Position numbers and translations under genes: made by a program
Assembly: GCA_013166835.1 (NCBI GenBank)
Contig: JABLTI010000019.1
Coordinates: forward strand, 1-44,602
From: Promethearchaeati archaeon
Lineage (GTDB): Archaea > Asgardarchaeota > Heimdallarchaeia > JABLTI01
DNA length: 44,602 nt
Direction: 5' to 3'
Part shown: one piece after another, positions 20,383-30,108 of the stretch
Layout of the letters: the number at the start of each line of letters is the position of its first letter
Numbering within the stretch: the first letter of the stretch is position 1
Notes under the pieces: model-generated
What the model was told of the DNA's origin: nothing
Database searches by the model: none
The model's input: the letters and a program-made list of their open reading frames with translations, nothing else

Positions 20383-20790
20383 TTAGTTTTCTACCTCAGC
20401 TTCCTCATCTGTTTGAGGAAGTCTTCGATCTACGACAGCTTTTCTTCCTTTATCCTTCATATTCTTCAAGTTAATAATCTCACAATTACAAGCTTGAACT
20501 GGAAAATGCTGAGAGGATCCATCTGATTTTTCAAAAGTAACTCCTTCAATGGTTAATCTCATATATTTATAATCAACATTTGAGACTTCACCTTCAATTC
20601 CTCTGAAGGAACCTTTTCGGATTCTGACAGTATCTCCTTTACGAATAACTAATTGCTTAATCCCTTCTTTTTCAGCCAAAACCTCAGAGAGGGGAGCAGT
20701 TAGCTTCTTTCGTTTTGTATGTAAAGGAGCAGTATAGAGCTGCTTTCTTTTCTTTGAAGGTTGTTTTGTGATTGTACGATTCTTCTTCAT
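20383..20790 (-). CDS. rpl24: 50S ribosomal protein uL24
   Basis: QPSKKRK..YTAPLH, IRKGDTVRIRKGSFRG. Confidence 0.96.
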   Translation of the reverse strand: MKKNRTITKQPSKKRKQLYTAPLHTKRKKLTAPLSEVLAEKEGIKQLVIRKGDTVRIRKGSFRGIEGEVSNVDYKYMRLTIEGVTFEKSDGSSQHFPVQACNCEIINLKNMKDKGRKAVVDRRLPQTDEEAEVEN

Positions 20791-20821
20791 TATTTTTCAT
20801 CTCCACTGGTACTGCTAATCC

Positions 20822-21238
20822 TTAGACGATTGTACTAGCTGTGTGGGCCACTCTGGGCCATCTTTCCGCAGCTTCTTTTGCTACTGGACCACGAATTTCG
20901 CTTCCTCGCGGACTGCCTTCGGGGCTGGCAATAACAGCAGCATTATCTTCAAATTGTACCCAAAGACCATTTGGTCGTCGGTACATTTTCCTCTGACGAA
21001 TCACTATTGCTGGGAGAACTTGTCGTCTCATCTGAGGTGTTCCTTTCTTAACAGAAACGATAACCATATCTCCTACTGAAGCAGTAGGATAACGATTTAG
21101 ACGACCTTTGAAACCTTTTACAGCAATTATCTGTATGACTTTTGCTCCGGTATTATCTGCACATGTTAAACGCGTGCCTACACTAACACCTTTGCTTAGT
21201 CTTGGTAATGAGATTCCGATCACTTTTCTTCTTGCCAT
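20822..21238 (-). CDS. rpl14: 50S ribosomal protein uL14
   Basis: [27 protein letters not shown]; likely start MARRK. Confidence 0.97.
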   Translation of the reverse strand: MARRKVIGISLPRLSKGVSVGTRLTCADNTGAKVIQIIAVKGFKGRLNRYPTASVGDMVIVSVKKGTPQMRRQVLPAIVIRQRKMYRRPNGLWVQFEDNAAVIASPEGSPRGSEIRGPVAKEAAERWPRVAHTASTIV

Positions 21239-21261
21239 ATTAAAGTCTCCTTGCAATCAAT

Positions 21262-21606
21262 CTATTCTTGCATTTCCTCCTTAGGACTTTCCTTTGCAAT
21301 GACAACATAGGAGATAGTTTTACCTAATGGTCTACATTCGATGATAGTAACATTATCACCTTCTCTAGCATCAATGCATGGAGGATTGTGTGAACTAATT
21401 GTTGTATGTCGGCGTTCATATCGTTTGTATTTCTTCACGTAGAAGAGAAAATCTTTCCGCACTACAACTGATTTTTGCATTTTGTGACTAGTAACGGTAC
21501 CATTGATTATCCTTCCACGAACTCGAAGTGTGCCATGAAATGGACAATTATAGTCGTCACACTCAGTTTCTGGATCAGGAACATCGATACCAATATATCT
21601 GGACAT
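21262..21606 (-). CDS. rps17: 30S ribosomal protein uS17
   Basis: CPFHG.L.VRG, KYKRYE, ECRPL.KT. Confidence 0.97.
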   Translation of the reverse strand: MSRYIGIDVPDPETECDDYNCPFHGTLRVRGRIINGTVTSHKMQKSVVVRKDFLFYVKKYKRYERRHTTISSHNPPCIDAREGDNVTIIECRPLGKTISYVVIAKESPKEEMQE

Positions 21607-21612
21607 TATTTT

Positions 21613-21918
21613 TTACCACCTTTTACGCATTATATTTTTGAGTCGATTTTCTGGTTTTAATTTCAGTAAGCATCCATCCACATCCACCTGTTCTCCAGAA
21701 GGAAGACTGAATCGGAAGACACAATCTTTCTTTGGAATTCTTACACGATTTGAATCATTTTCTGATGATTCTATTGTTAACAGATTTTTTGTTTCATCAA
21801 CAACAAGACCATTCATACCCAACATTTGTTTGTCTGTGGATTGTATGATCTCGATTTTCAAACCTATCAACTCGTGTCTATGAATATTTTCAGGTGTTAT
21901 AGGGTTCAAGCTCACCAT
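21613..21918 (-). CDS. rnp1: RNase P protein component 1 (Rpp29/POP4)
   Basis: ITPENIHRHELIGL, GLVVDETKN, PENRLK. Confidence 0.95.
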   Translation of the reverse strand: MVSLNPITPENIHRHELIGLKIEIIQSTDKQMLGMNGLVVDETKNLLTIESSENDSNRVRIPKKDCVFRFSLPSGEQVDVDGCLLKLKPENRLKNIMRKRW

Positions 21919-22108
21919 TCTCTTTCATTACAGTTAATATTCTAGCTATTGTTCTTTTGACTTCTTTAACTCGACTTGGTTTTTCCAAGGAACCACCAGT
22001 TGAGATTCCGGCTCTTAAATGAGCTAGGTCTTTCTGAAGTTTCTTCAATTGATTTACTCTTTGATTCGCGGTCATATACCGGATTTCACGCATTTTTAGA
22101 ATTGCCAT
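21890..22108 (-). CDS. rpl29: 50S ribosomal protein uL29
   Basis: MAILKMREIR, KRTIARILT. Confidence 0.95.
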   Translation of the reverse strand: MAILKMREIRYMTANQRVNQLKKLQKDLAHLRAGISTGGSLEKPSRVKEVKRTIARILTVMKENGELEPYNT

Positions 22109-22122
22109 TTGTCAAGTTGCTC

Positions 22123-23238
22123 CTACTTTTTCTTTTTCTTCTTCTCATCTTTATCAGATTTGGAGGACTTGGTATCTGTTTTCTTTGTTGCAGTCTTCTT
22201 GGGAGCAGCTTTCTTTGCAGTAGTTTTAGGTGTGGTTTCTTTCTTTGCAGGTTTGGCTTTTGGTTTTGCTTTTTCTACTTCTTTCTTGACTGGTTTCTTT
22301 GCGGTAGTTTTTGGTTTGGCAACAGCTTTAGTGGCTGTTGGTTTTGTTGTCTTTGCTTTCGCTGCAGGTTCCTTTTTAGTAGGTGTTGTTTTCTTTGCAA
22401 CAGGTTTCTTTGCTTTCTTTTCTTCACCAGGAGTTTTCTCGATGAGATCAGAAAGCTCTTCAACTTTAATATCAAGATCTGTCTTCTTTTTGGTAACTGG
22501 GACTTTTTCTTTAGCCTTTGGTTTCTCTTCTTTCTTTGCAGGCTTTTCTTCCTTCTTAGGAACTTCTTCTTTCTCGGTTACTGGTTTAACAGGTTTGATT
22601 TCCTCAACATCAGGAACAAATTCATGTGTATCTTCATCCAAACGAACAGAAAGAATATTGATTTCATCTGGTAAAGGAATATCACCTCTCATTATACTAA
22701 CAGTAACACCGATAGTTCCGAGTTTCATAACTGCAGTGGCATTTGCTCTCTGAACGAGTACAGAACCAATTTCACCACTCTTGGCTAAAAGACCCATTCT
22801 ATAAGCTTCATGACGAGAACGTTTACTGGTTAATTTACCAGCTATGATTATTTCACAACCTTTTGCTCCTGCATTTACAATTCTGCGGAGAGCAGAATAG
22901 GCTGCACGTCTACGATGAACTCCACGTTCAATGGCAGAAACAAGGGAGTATGCCATTACTTGAGCGTTGGTATCGGGATTAGTAACTTCTTTTACTTCAA
23001 TTTGGGGATTTTCAAAACCGTAATTATTTACTAATTCATCAGTAATATTTCTGATGTTTTTTCCTCTTCGACCTATAACTATCCCTGGTCTTGAAGCATG
23101 AATGGTAAGTCTTTCACCGAGAGGTGTTTTTGCAATATCAACACCACCGTAACCAGCTCGTGAGAGTTCTTTTGCTAAGTATTCATCAATTCTTGCTTGA
23201 CGAACACCTTTCTTTATGAAATGATTAGTTGCAGACAT
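22123..23238 (-). CDS. rps3: 30S ribosomal protein uS3 with long C-terminal extension
   Basis: RPGIVIGRRG KH motif, GAKGCEIIIAGKL, GTIGVTVSI. Confidence 0.96.
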   Translation of the reverse strand: MSATNHFIKKGVRQARIDEYLAKELSRAGYGGVDIAKTPLGERLTIHASRPGIVIGRRGKNIRNITDELVNNYGFENPQIEVKEVTNPDTNAQVMAYSLVSAIERGVHRRRAAYSALRRIVNAGAKGCEIIIAGKLTSKRSRHEAYRMGLLAKSGEIGSVLVQRANATAVMKLGTIGVTVSIMRGDIPLPDEINILSVRLDEDTHEFVPDVEEIKPVKPVTEKEEVPKKEEKPAKKEEKPKAKEKVPVTKKKTDLDIKVEELSDLIEKTPGEEKKAKKPVAKKTTPTKKEPAAKAKTTKPTATKAVAKPKTTAKKPVKKEVEKAKPKAKPAKKETTPKTTAKKAAPKKTATKKTDTKSSKSDKDEKKKKKK

Positions 23239-23241
23239 GAT

Positions 23242-23703
23242 CTAGACCTCTTCTATAGCTATTTCAACATGTGAGAGATAATTAAACCGTGGGGATGATG
23301 ATCCTTGGGCTCTGGGAATAAAACGCTTTATGATCATTCCTTTGTGGGTAGCAGCGTGAATAATCTTCATTCTTTCGACATCCAAACCCTTGAATTCAGC
23401 ATTGTTCTCAGCGTTTTCTAATACTTCAAGAATCCTCTTTGCAGCCTTGATTGGGTAACGCCCAGCAGGCCATTTGGAAAGTTCTTTTCGATGAGCAACA
23501 TGTTTCTTGTGACGTTTGTATGGAACAGCGGCTTTCATCTGTATGACATCTTCAAGATACTCCTTTGCTTTGTCAAGGAACATACCTTTGATTGTGTTAC
23601 AAATTTCTCTAGCAGCTTTCGGACTAATGTCAATTTCTCGTGCACTTGAAATGGCAGTACGATCCGGATCTAAGCCGAAAATCGAATATCCATATTGGGG
23701 CAT
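23242..23703 (-). CDS. rpl22: 50S ribosomal protein uL22
   Basis: ISPKAAREIC, GRYPIKAA, PRAQG, SHVEI; start ATG 23703 or 23709. Confidence 0.97.
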   Translation of the reverse strand: MPQYGYSIFGLDPDRTAISSAREIDISPKAAREICNTIKGMFLDKAKEYLEDVIQMKAAVPYKRHKKHVAHRKELSKWPAGRYPIKAAKRILEVLENAENNAEFKGLDVERMKIIHAATHKGMIIKRFIPRAQGSSSPRFNYLSHVEIAIEEV

Positions 23704-23739
23704 ATGCATTTCCTCAATGTCAATGTATTTTCTTTCTCT

Positions 23740-23910
23740 TAATCGTAAAGACGACTATTTTGTTGGGTTTCAACCCAAGCTTGGAATTGATTTTTAATCC
23801 AGAGAATGTCTATTCCTGGAACCTCCAAGAGGCATGACTCCCCTTCTGCACCTTTGTGCAAGGTCGGAGCCCAATTATGCAAACGCTTAGAGAAGTTCAG
23901 CGTTGCAGTG
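23740..23910 (-). ncRNA. Candidate structured cis-regulatory leader RNA of the uL22 operon
   Basis: Five consecutive stem-loops with minus-strand G-U pairs, locally GC-richer than the flanks, between a TATA box and rpl22. Confidence 0.7.
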
Positions 23911-23931
23911 GAACAGAATTTGAATAATCAC

Positions 23932-23946
23932 TTTAAAAATCTTCTG
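23932..23946 (-). promoter_or_regulatory. BRE/TATA promoter of the ribosomal protein operon
   Basis: Minus strand CAGAAGA-TTTTTAAA about 25 nt upstream of the first leader hairpin. Confidence 0.55.
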
Positions 23947-24172
23947 TCTCTTTCTAACATAAAATTAACAGGATTTAATGTTAAAATTATACTTAATTTG
24001 AGGTAACTAGAATGGTATAAAAATTTACTTTCTAATGCTAAAAATACATCAAAAATCTCTTTTTAAAGAGAAATGTTCATATAATATTTTTTCATGTAAT
24101 AGATAATTAGCGTGAAAACGACTAAAGAATGGAATGCCTACTAAGCATTTTATATAAGCTGGGGGGCTTACA

Positions 24173-24469
24173 ATGGCTAAAAATTTAAATGAATTTATAG
24201 TGAGAAGAAAGGATGGACTAAAAATCTGCAAAATATGCCAAAGCATAATTGAAGATGAAGAAGACCATATGATGCGAAGACATCCTAAATATATGAAATA
24301 TATTGAGAAAAGAGAGGAGAAAGAAGAGAAGTATATGTGTTGCTACTGTGGATTGTGGGTGAAGAATTGGCGCGCTCATGTGAAAGATCAACATCCAGAA
24401 ATCATTGCAGATGCTGCAAGAAGAGTTAAGCCGGAACCAGAAGAAGAAGAATTCGAGTTTTCTTTTTAG
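24173..24469 (+). CDS. Small double C2H2-type zinc finger protein
   Basis: Two C-x2-C-x9-H-x4-H motifs; TTTATATA box ~20 nt upstream suggests a leaderless or short-leader mRNA. Confidence 0.8.
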   Translation: MAKNLNEFIVRRKDGLKICKICQSIIEDEEDHMMRRHPKYMKYIEKREEKEEKYMCCYCGLWVKNWRAHVKDQHPEIIADAARRVKPEPEEEEFEFSF

Positions 24470-24573
24470 CTCAACCATCATTAATGAGATGGAAAATTTT
24501 CTCCTTATTTCTTCATCAATTACAAGAGCAAAATCATCTGCTCTGTTTAGCATTGAGTGAAAAAAGAGTATGT

Positions 24574-24597
24574 AACAATCTGCTCATGCAGATTGTT
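24574..24597. terminator. Perfect 10-bp hairpin between convergent genes
   Basis: AACAATCTGC-TCAT-GCAGATTGTT with T tracts on both strands. Confidence 0.65.
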
Positions 24598-24606
24598 TTT
24601 TTATTT

Positions 24607-26691
24607 TTATTTCCTTAATTGTGTATATCTTCGTTCGATAGCCAGTGATTGGAATTTGAATCCTTGACCTTGATAGCCTACTTTTGAGAAGTATTCTACC
24701 CATTGAAGCCTGAGTGTTTGGATAAATGAGAATAATCCTTCAATGGCAAGTATGACTAACGAGCCAATTGCTACGCCAATATAATTAATTACACCCATAC
24801 CATTCTCCTCTCCAGTGAAGATTTGGAGTGTAAATATCATTGATAATGCGCCATGAACCGCATTCATTGCAAAGATTCGAGCATAGCTTACAGTATTGGA
24901 TAAAGTAGAGAGTAATATTTCAAGGAGTTCAGCTAAGCCATCAAGTTTGTGTGATATTATAAGATATACAGACATCACCACTATTGGTATAGTCAATCCG
25001 AATAAGAACAACCATAATGCGCCATTAATAGTGAAGAACTGTATTGCCAGACCATTGATTGAGAATAGAGCCAGATCAAATACACCACTAAGATCCGCGC
25101 TAAACCAAGTCATGAAATTAGTTCCGAAGGTGAATACTAGTATAAATAGCGACCAGTGGAAAATTATCCACATTAGGGTAACTAGAAATGCTTCAGCATA
25201 ATGCTTATCACGTATGTTTTTTATGAATCGTAAAACATATCCTACAGTCATATGAACCATACCAAGAACTAATGAAAGTTCAAGCATTAAGATAACTGGG
25301 GAAGCACCATTATGGAGGTGATGAGCATCTTCAGGACTGAACCAAAGTGGTTTTGGAACATATGAAGCAGCGTGATTGGTTACTCCGAAATACGAACCAA
25401 ATAATACACCAAAGAACATAGCACATGCACCTGACGCTATTATCAGCATTGCACCATTCTTGAAATAATTCTTAATTTCACCTCCAAAACCAGAAGTGTC
25501 AAGTTTCCTATTTCGGAGAGTTAAGCCATAGACGCCTAGAAGCATGAATAAAAGTCCATGTCCGACATCTGCAAACATAATACCAAAAGTAATGGGGAAG
25601 AAAATCTGTAAAATTATTGCAGAATTGAATTCATTATAACCAGGTGTTCCATAAGCATTTACTAGCCCATCATAGACTCGCATAAATTTTGGAACAGAAG
25701 TTTTGGTTGGGTATTCTGATTCTTCAAAAACAGGTTCAGAAATTTCAACTTTTGCAGAATCTACTGTTGCTTTCAGAACACCATTTTCAAATTTCTTCTT
25801 TCGCTTGTTAGGTATCCAAGCCCAGAAAGTAATGTTTCTATCTGTATATCTCATCATATTTGAAATCTTAAGATATTCCTCTTCAATATCAATCTGTTCA
25901 CCATAGGCAAGAATCAAATCACCATTTTCTTTGATTAGCTTGTTTGCTTCTTTCTTATAGTCAGCTATAATTTGTTCTAAACTTTCAATCTTACTTTTGC
26001 TTTTGTTAACAACCTTTCCTGGATCCCCTGAGATTCGCTCGGGAACCGCTAATTTCTCAAAGTCAAAAGCAACTAACAATCGGTTAATATCTTCTTGATA
26101 ACGACCTAAGAAACCGATTGCCATGAAGGTCAGGTTATCTTGTGATTTAGATTCTTTAAGAACATAATTACTATCAGTGATTGCATCAAGGTTCCACTTA
26201 AAACGAGGAATTCGTTTCGTGTTAATTTTACCGACCATGACAGTAAAATAGGGACTCTCATCACCAAGATCCTCAAAACTGAATCCGAATGGTATCAGAT
26301 TTTGGGCAATTAGTATCACCGATTTATTCTTTTCCAATTCTTGTTCCGCAAGAGTTATTCGATCATTCAATTTTTTTAATTGTTGAATAACATCCTTAGA
26401 TACCTTTTCTGCATCCTTAAGAACAACACCCAAATCATCATCAAGAATTGTTATCTTCTTAGGTCTGCCAACTTTATCTTTGACTTCAAAGTCTTCAATA
26501 ACTTCGTCAAAATCGTTGGATAAGTCTTTTATTCTTTGTCCATTATCAAATGTAGTGATGTCAAAAGGTTTCTTTTGGATATCTATAATATCAATATCCT
26601 CACACGATGATATGAACCGTAGTAGATTTCTGGAATAATCTTTTGGAATGACTACTTTTACTGTTTTCATTCTATCAGGTAATAAACTCAT
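24607..26691 (-). CDS. atpI: A/V-type ATP synthase subunit I (a)
   Basis: YGTPGYNE, FGIMFADVGHG, SNTVSYARIFA, IQTLRLQWVEYFSK. Confidence 0.95.
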   Translation of the reverse strand: MSLLPDRMKTVKVVIPKDYSRNLLRFISSCEDIDIIDIQKKPFDITTFDNGQRIKDLSNDFDEVIEDFEVKDKVGRPKKITILDDDLGVVLKDAEKVSKDVIQQLKKLNDRITLAEQELEKNKSVILIAQNLIPFGFSFEDLGDESPYFTVMVGKINTKRIPRFKWNLDAITDSNYVLKESKSQDNLTFMAIGFLGRYQEDINRLLVAFDFEKLAVPERISGDPGKVVNKSKSKIESLEQIIADYKKEANKLIKENGDLILAYGEQIDIEEEYLKISNMMRYTDRNITFWAWIPNKRKKKFENGVLKATVDSAKVEISEPVFEESEYPTKTSVPKFMRVYDGLVNAYGTPGYNEFNSAIILQIFFPITFGIMFADVGHGLLFMLLGVYGLTLRNRKLDTSGFGGEIKNYFKNGAMLIIASGACAMFFGVLFGSYFGVTNHAASYVPKPLWFSPEDAHHLHNGASPVILMLELSLVLGMVHMTVGYVLRFIKNIRDKHYAEAFLVTLMWIIFHWSLFILVFTFGTNFMTWFSADLSGVFDLALFSINGLAIQFFTINGALWLFLFGLTIPIVVMSVYLIISHKLDGLAELLEILLSTLSNTVSYARIFAMNAVHGALSMIFTLQIFTGEENGMGVINYIGVAIGSLVILAIEGLFSFIQTLRLQWVEYFSKVGYQGQGFKFQSLAIERRYTQLRK

Positions 26692-26876
26692 TTCTACGCA
26701 CCTGTATTTGAAGTCTTATGACTTTCAAGAGTATATAGATAAAAAACTTGTGTATATTCATATAATTCAGTTTTAGAATATTTTACCTTATTTTAAGTGA
26801 TTTTTAATGAAATAGAAAATAAAAAGATAAGAGATTATCTAACAGTTTTGTTAGAAAAATCCTTTTGCTTATGCAA

Positions 26877-28166
26877 TTAATCTAATTCTTTGGTTAGGAG
26901 TTTTCCTAATTTGGTTATGCCTTCATATATGTCCTTATCATTATTGTAGGAGTAACCTAATCTCATAGTATTAGTTTTAGCAATAGAGTCAACAATTGTG
27001 CTATCACTTTCTTCTATACTCCAACCTTTAATTGGATAAAAAGCAGCACCTGGAACAAACATAATGTCATTTGGAATACTAGTTTTCATTAAGAATTCCT
27101 TTGAATTGAATTGCTTCTCGGATTCATACCAAACAAAGAATCCACCATTAGGTTTAGTGTGGCTACCAGCAGGAAATGTTTCATTAATACCTTTGAGCAT
27201 AGCTATAGCATTCTTTTCATAAGTTTTAAGACATACAGGTAAAACTTTGTCAATGTATTTCTTATAATAAATAGCCATAACTTTCTGTAGTATAGTTGGT
27301 GAACAAAGGTCAAGATAACCCTTACTCTTAAGGACTTCATACTTCAAGCTTTCAGGTAAAACAGAATAACCCATACGCAGGACAGCTGCTTCTTTAGAAG
27401 TAGTTCGCAAATAAGCAACACGGGAATTATCACGATCTAAAGATTTGATTGGTTTGATCAATTCTCCCTGGAATTGAATCTCTTTGTAAGCTTGATCTTC
27501 AAGAATAAGTATATCATGTTCTTCTCCAATATCGAAAAGTGCTTTTCTTCGTTTCCAAGGCAAAGTAGTCCCCTTAGGGTTATCAGAATCAGGAACAACA
27601 TAGAGAATATTTGGTTTTTTACCAAATTTCTTTTCACACAATGGAATAGCTTTTTCGACATACTCAGGAATCATACCATCAAGGTCTGTTGGAATAGTTA
27701 CTATTTCTGCACCAATTTTGTAAGCGGGTGCAAGAAAACCAAGATAGGCTGGACTTGGGGTTAAAATAACATCACCAGGATCAATCATTGTATCAAGAAT
27801 AGCATATATTGCTTGTTGTGAACCAGCAGTTAATATAATGTCTTTCCAACCTGTTTCCTTATCAAGATTAATGTCATCAATACGTCTAAGTCGTTCAGCA
27901 AGAACTCTTAAACAAAACTCTTGACCACCTGTTGGTCCATAGTTCCACAATGAAATGGCTTTACCCTTCTTCCCTGTTGTATAATCTTCTTTGTTTTCAT
28001 TGCCAATTTCTATTAAAATATCTGACAATGTTTCTATTGGTAAAGCACCTGGAAGACCTCCGCCGAAATTGTATTTTACTTTATACTCAAGTAATGCTCG
28101 AATTTCAGATGGAGGTAGTAATTTCGTCCATGCAGCAAAATCGAAACTTTCATTATTTTTGGTCAT
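26877..28166 (-). CDS. PLP-dependent aminotransferase class I (2-aminoadipate/aromatic type)
   Basis: FGGGLP, NYGPTGG, GSQQA, NPKG, EDQAY, TTSK, PNGGFF. Confidence 0.9.
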   Translation of the reverse strand: MTKNNESFDFAAWTKLLPPSEIRALLEYKVKYNFGGGLPGALPIETLSDILIEIGNENKEDYTTGKKGKAISLWNYGPTGGQEFCLRVLAERLRRIDDINLDKETGWKDIILTAGSQQAIYAILDTMIDPGDVILTPSPAYLGFLAPAYKIGAEIVTIPTDLDGMIPEYVEKAIPLCEKKFGKKPNILYVVPDSDNPKGTTLPWKRRKALFDIGEEHDILILEDQAYKEIQFQGELIKPIKSLDRDNSRVAYLRTTSKEAAVLRMGYSVLPESLKYEVLKSKGYLDLCSPTILQKVMAIYYKKYIDKVLPVCLKTYEKNAIAMLKGINETFPAGSHTKPNGGFFVWYESEKQFNSKEFLMKTSIPNDIMFVPGAAFYPIKGWSIEESDSTIVDSIAKTNTMRLGYSYNNDKDIYEGITKLGKLLTKELD

Positions 28167-28398
28167 GATTTTTCAACCTACTATGGTTGTATGATCTTTT
28201 TTTTATTAACGAAACCACGATTACAATTTTTCGTCGCTTCCTAAAGAATCGGATTTCAAGTGATTATAAGAATTCGTATTAAAAAAACTGTTGGTCGAAT
28301 GATTTAATCAAAAATTATTAGAAAATAACGACCAAGTAAAGCAATTTTAAGTATATATAAAGTGAAAGTTAAATAAAGAAAAGAAAAAATACTTGGGT

Positions 28399-28416
28399 GA
28401 CAGCATTATTGCTGTC
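28399..28416 (-). terminator. Hairpin plus U tract downstream of atpK
   Basis: GACAGCA-ATAA-TGCTGTC then TATTTTTTCTTT on the minus strand. Confidence 0.6.
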
Positions 28417-28463
28417 GTACATTATTGTCTTGTGCCCTACCTAAATTTCCTCTTTTGGATATT

Positions 28464-28877
<414 letters not shown>

Positions 28878-28896
28878 TTAATCTTTACTAAGATTC

Positions 28897-29970
28897 TTAC
28901 ACTAAGACAATTTTGTCTAGGATATCATTTATTGACCTTTTATGAATTTTTCCTAGGATAATTGTACGAAGGTTGCGTATCTCCAATTCCTTTAGATAAA
29001 AAAATGCAGGAAAGATACCGATATTGAAACTCGCTCCTCGGAAGAGAGAGTTAGCTTTATGGGCCAAGTGTTGATCAGCAAATCTATCGAAATCCTCAAG
29101 AGGAGCACGTTCTGCTTCAAGATTCTCAAGCAAGCGATTTGCTAAATCACTGAAAGACGTTTCATTTCTTATTAAGAGGAATGCTTCCTCTAAATCTTGG
29201 GTTGCAATTAGTCTATCTCGGAATTCAGTTCGTAAAGGACAGAATTTAGTTTCCATAATCCAATTCTTTACAATAGTGGGAGAAATATCGAAAGTTTTTG
29301 AGCGAAGTATTATTTCTAAGTTCTGAATACCAATTTTTGCAGAAAAGAATCCTTTTGTGCTGGTTTTATCTGACCCTTTTAATTTAGACATTTCTTTACA
29401 GAGAGAGCTATAGTAGTATTGGTCGACAGCAATAATCAATGGATATACAAGATCTAGGAATTTATATTCACCAATCACAGCATCTAAAGCAATTCGAAGT
29501 TTTTCATTTTCAAGTTTTAAGATTAGATCTTCGGCATTTGTTGATTTGTAAAGTTCTTCGCTTTGTCTATTCTCTACCTCGGAAAGGTTAAGTAACATAC
29601 CCCGAGCATCTTCGTAACGATTGGCTCCATGAAGAGCTGAAAAAATTACTTTAATGTTGTTTAGAAAATATGAATTACTAAAAGCATCAATAAACCCTTT
29701 AGCTCTTTTTGGAATGAATTTACGATAAATGTTGTATTGATCTACAAAATTTTGAGTGAGTCGACGATCAATTTCAATTAAGTTAGGATATTCCTTGACC
29801 ATTTCTGCTCCAATGATATCATCATATCGTGTTTGTGATAACATTTGACGCAAATTGGCAAAATCAGTTGCACTAGCAAGTAAATTATAATTTCCTGCTG
29901 TGAACAATTCCGTACGTTGAGCTCGCATATGAACATTTAACGAGCCGTAGTCTTGAGCATCTCGTAACAT
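28897..29970 (-). CDS. atpC: A/V-type ATP synthase subunit C (d)
   Basis: YGSLNVHMRA, NNIK, DQYYY, KELEIRNLRTI; adjacent to atpK. Confidence 0.88.
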   Translation of the reverse strand: MLRDAQDYGSLNVHMRAQRTELFTAGNYNLLASATDFANLRQMLSQTRYDDIIGAEMVKEYPNLIEIDRRLTQNFVDQYNIYRKFIPKRAKGFIDAFSNSYFLNNIKVIFSALHGANRYEDARGMLLNLSEVENRQSEELYKSTNAEDLILKLENEKLRIALDAVIGEYKFLDLVYPLIIAVDQYYYSSLCKEMSKLKGSDKTSTKGFFSAKIGIQNLEIILRSKTFDISPTIVKNWIMETKFCPLRTEFRDRLIATQDLEEAFLLIRNETSFSDLANRLLENLEAERAPLEDFDRFADQHLAHKANSLFRGASFNIGIFPAFFYLKELEIRNLRTIILGKIHKRSINDILDKIVLV

Positions 29971-30108
29971 CGTCTTAAACTCACAAACGATTTATCTTGT
30001 TAAGATAGATAAAACATTTTCGGAAAGTTTCATCTTCTTTAGTTTGATTCTCTGAAATCTTAGTATATTTATAATTGTTTTTTCTTATCCTTTAACTAAA
30101 AATAGGAA

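Noticed and set aside
15659-22640. Degenerate nucleotide repeats as a CRISPR array or tandem repeat element
   Set aside because: In-frame coding low-complexity sequence with no fixed repeat-spacer periodicity
21976-22753. Two long hydrophobic plus-strand ORFs resembling membrane proteins
   Set aside because: Antisense shadows of the uS3 tail
23740-23930. Leader region as RNase P RNA or SRP RNA (plus strand has GTGCAAGG and GAACAGAA)
   Set aside because: No GAGGAAAGTCC/GGCTTA P4 pairing or SRP helix-8 motif, and G-U pairs favour the minus strand; short plus-strand ORFs here also look spurious
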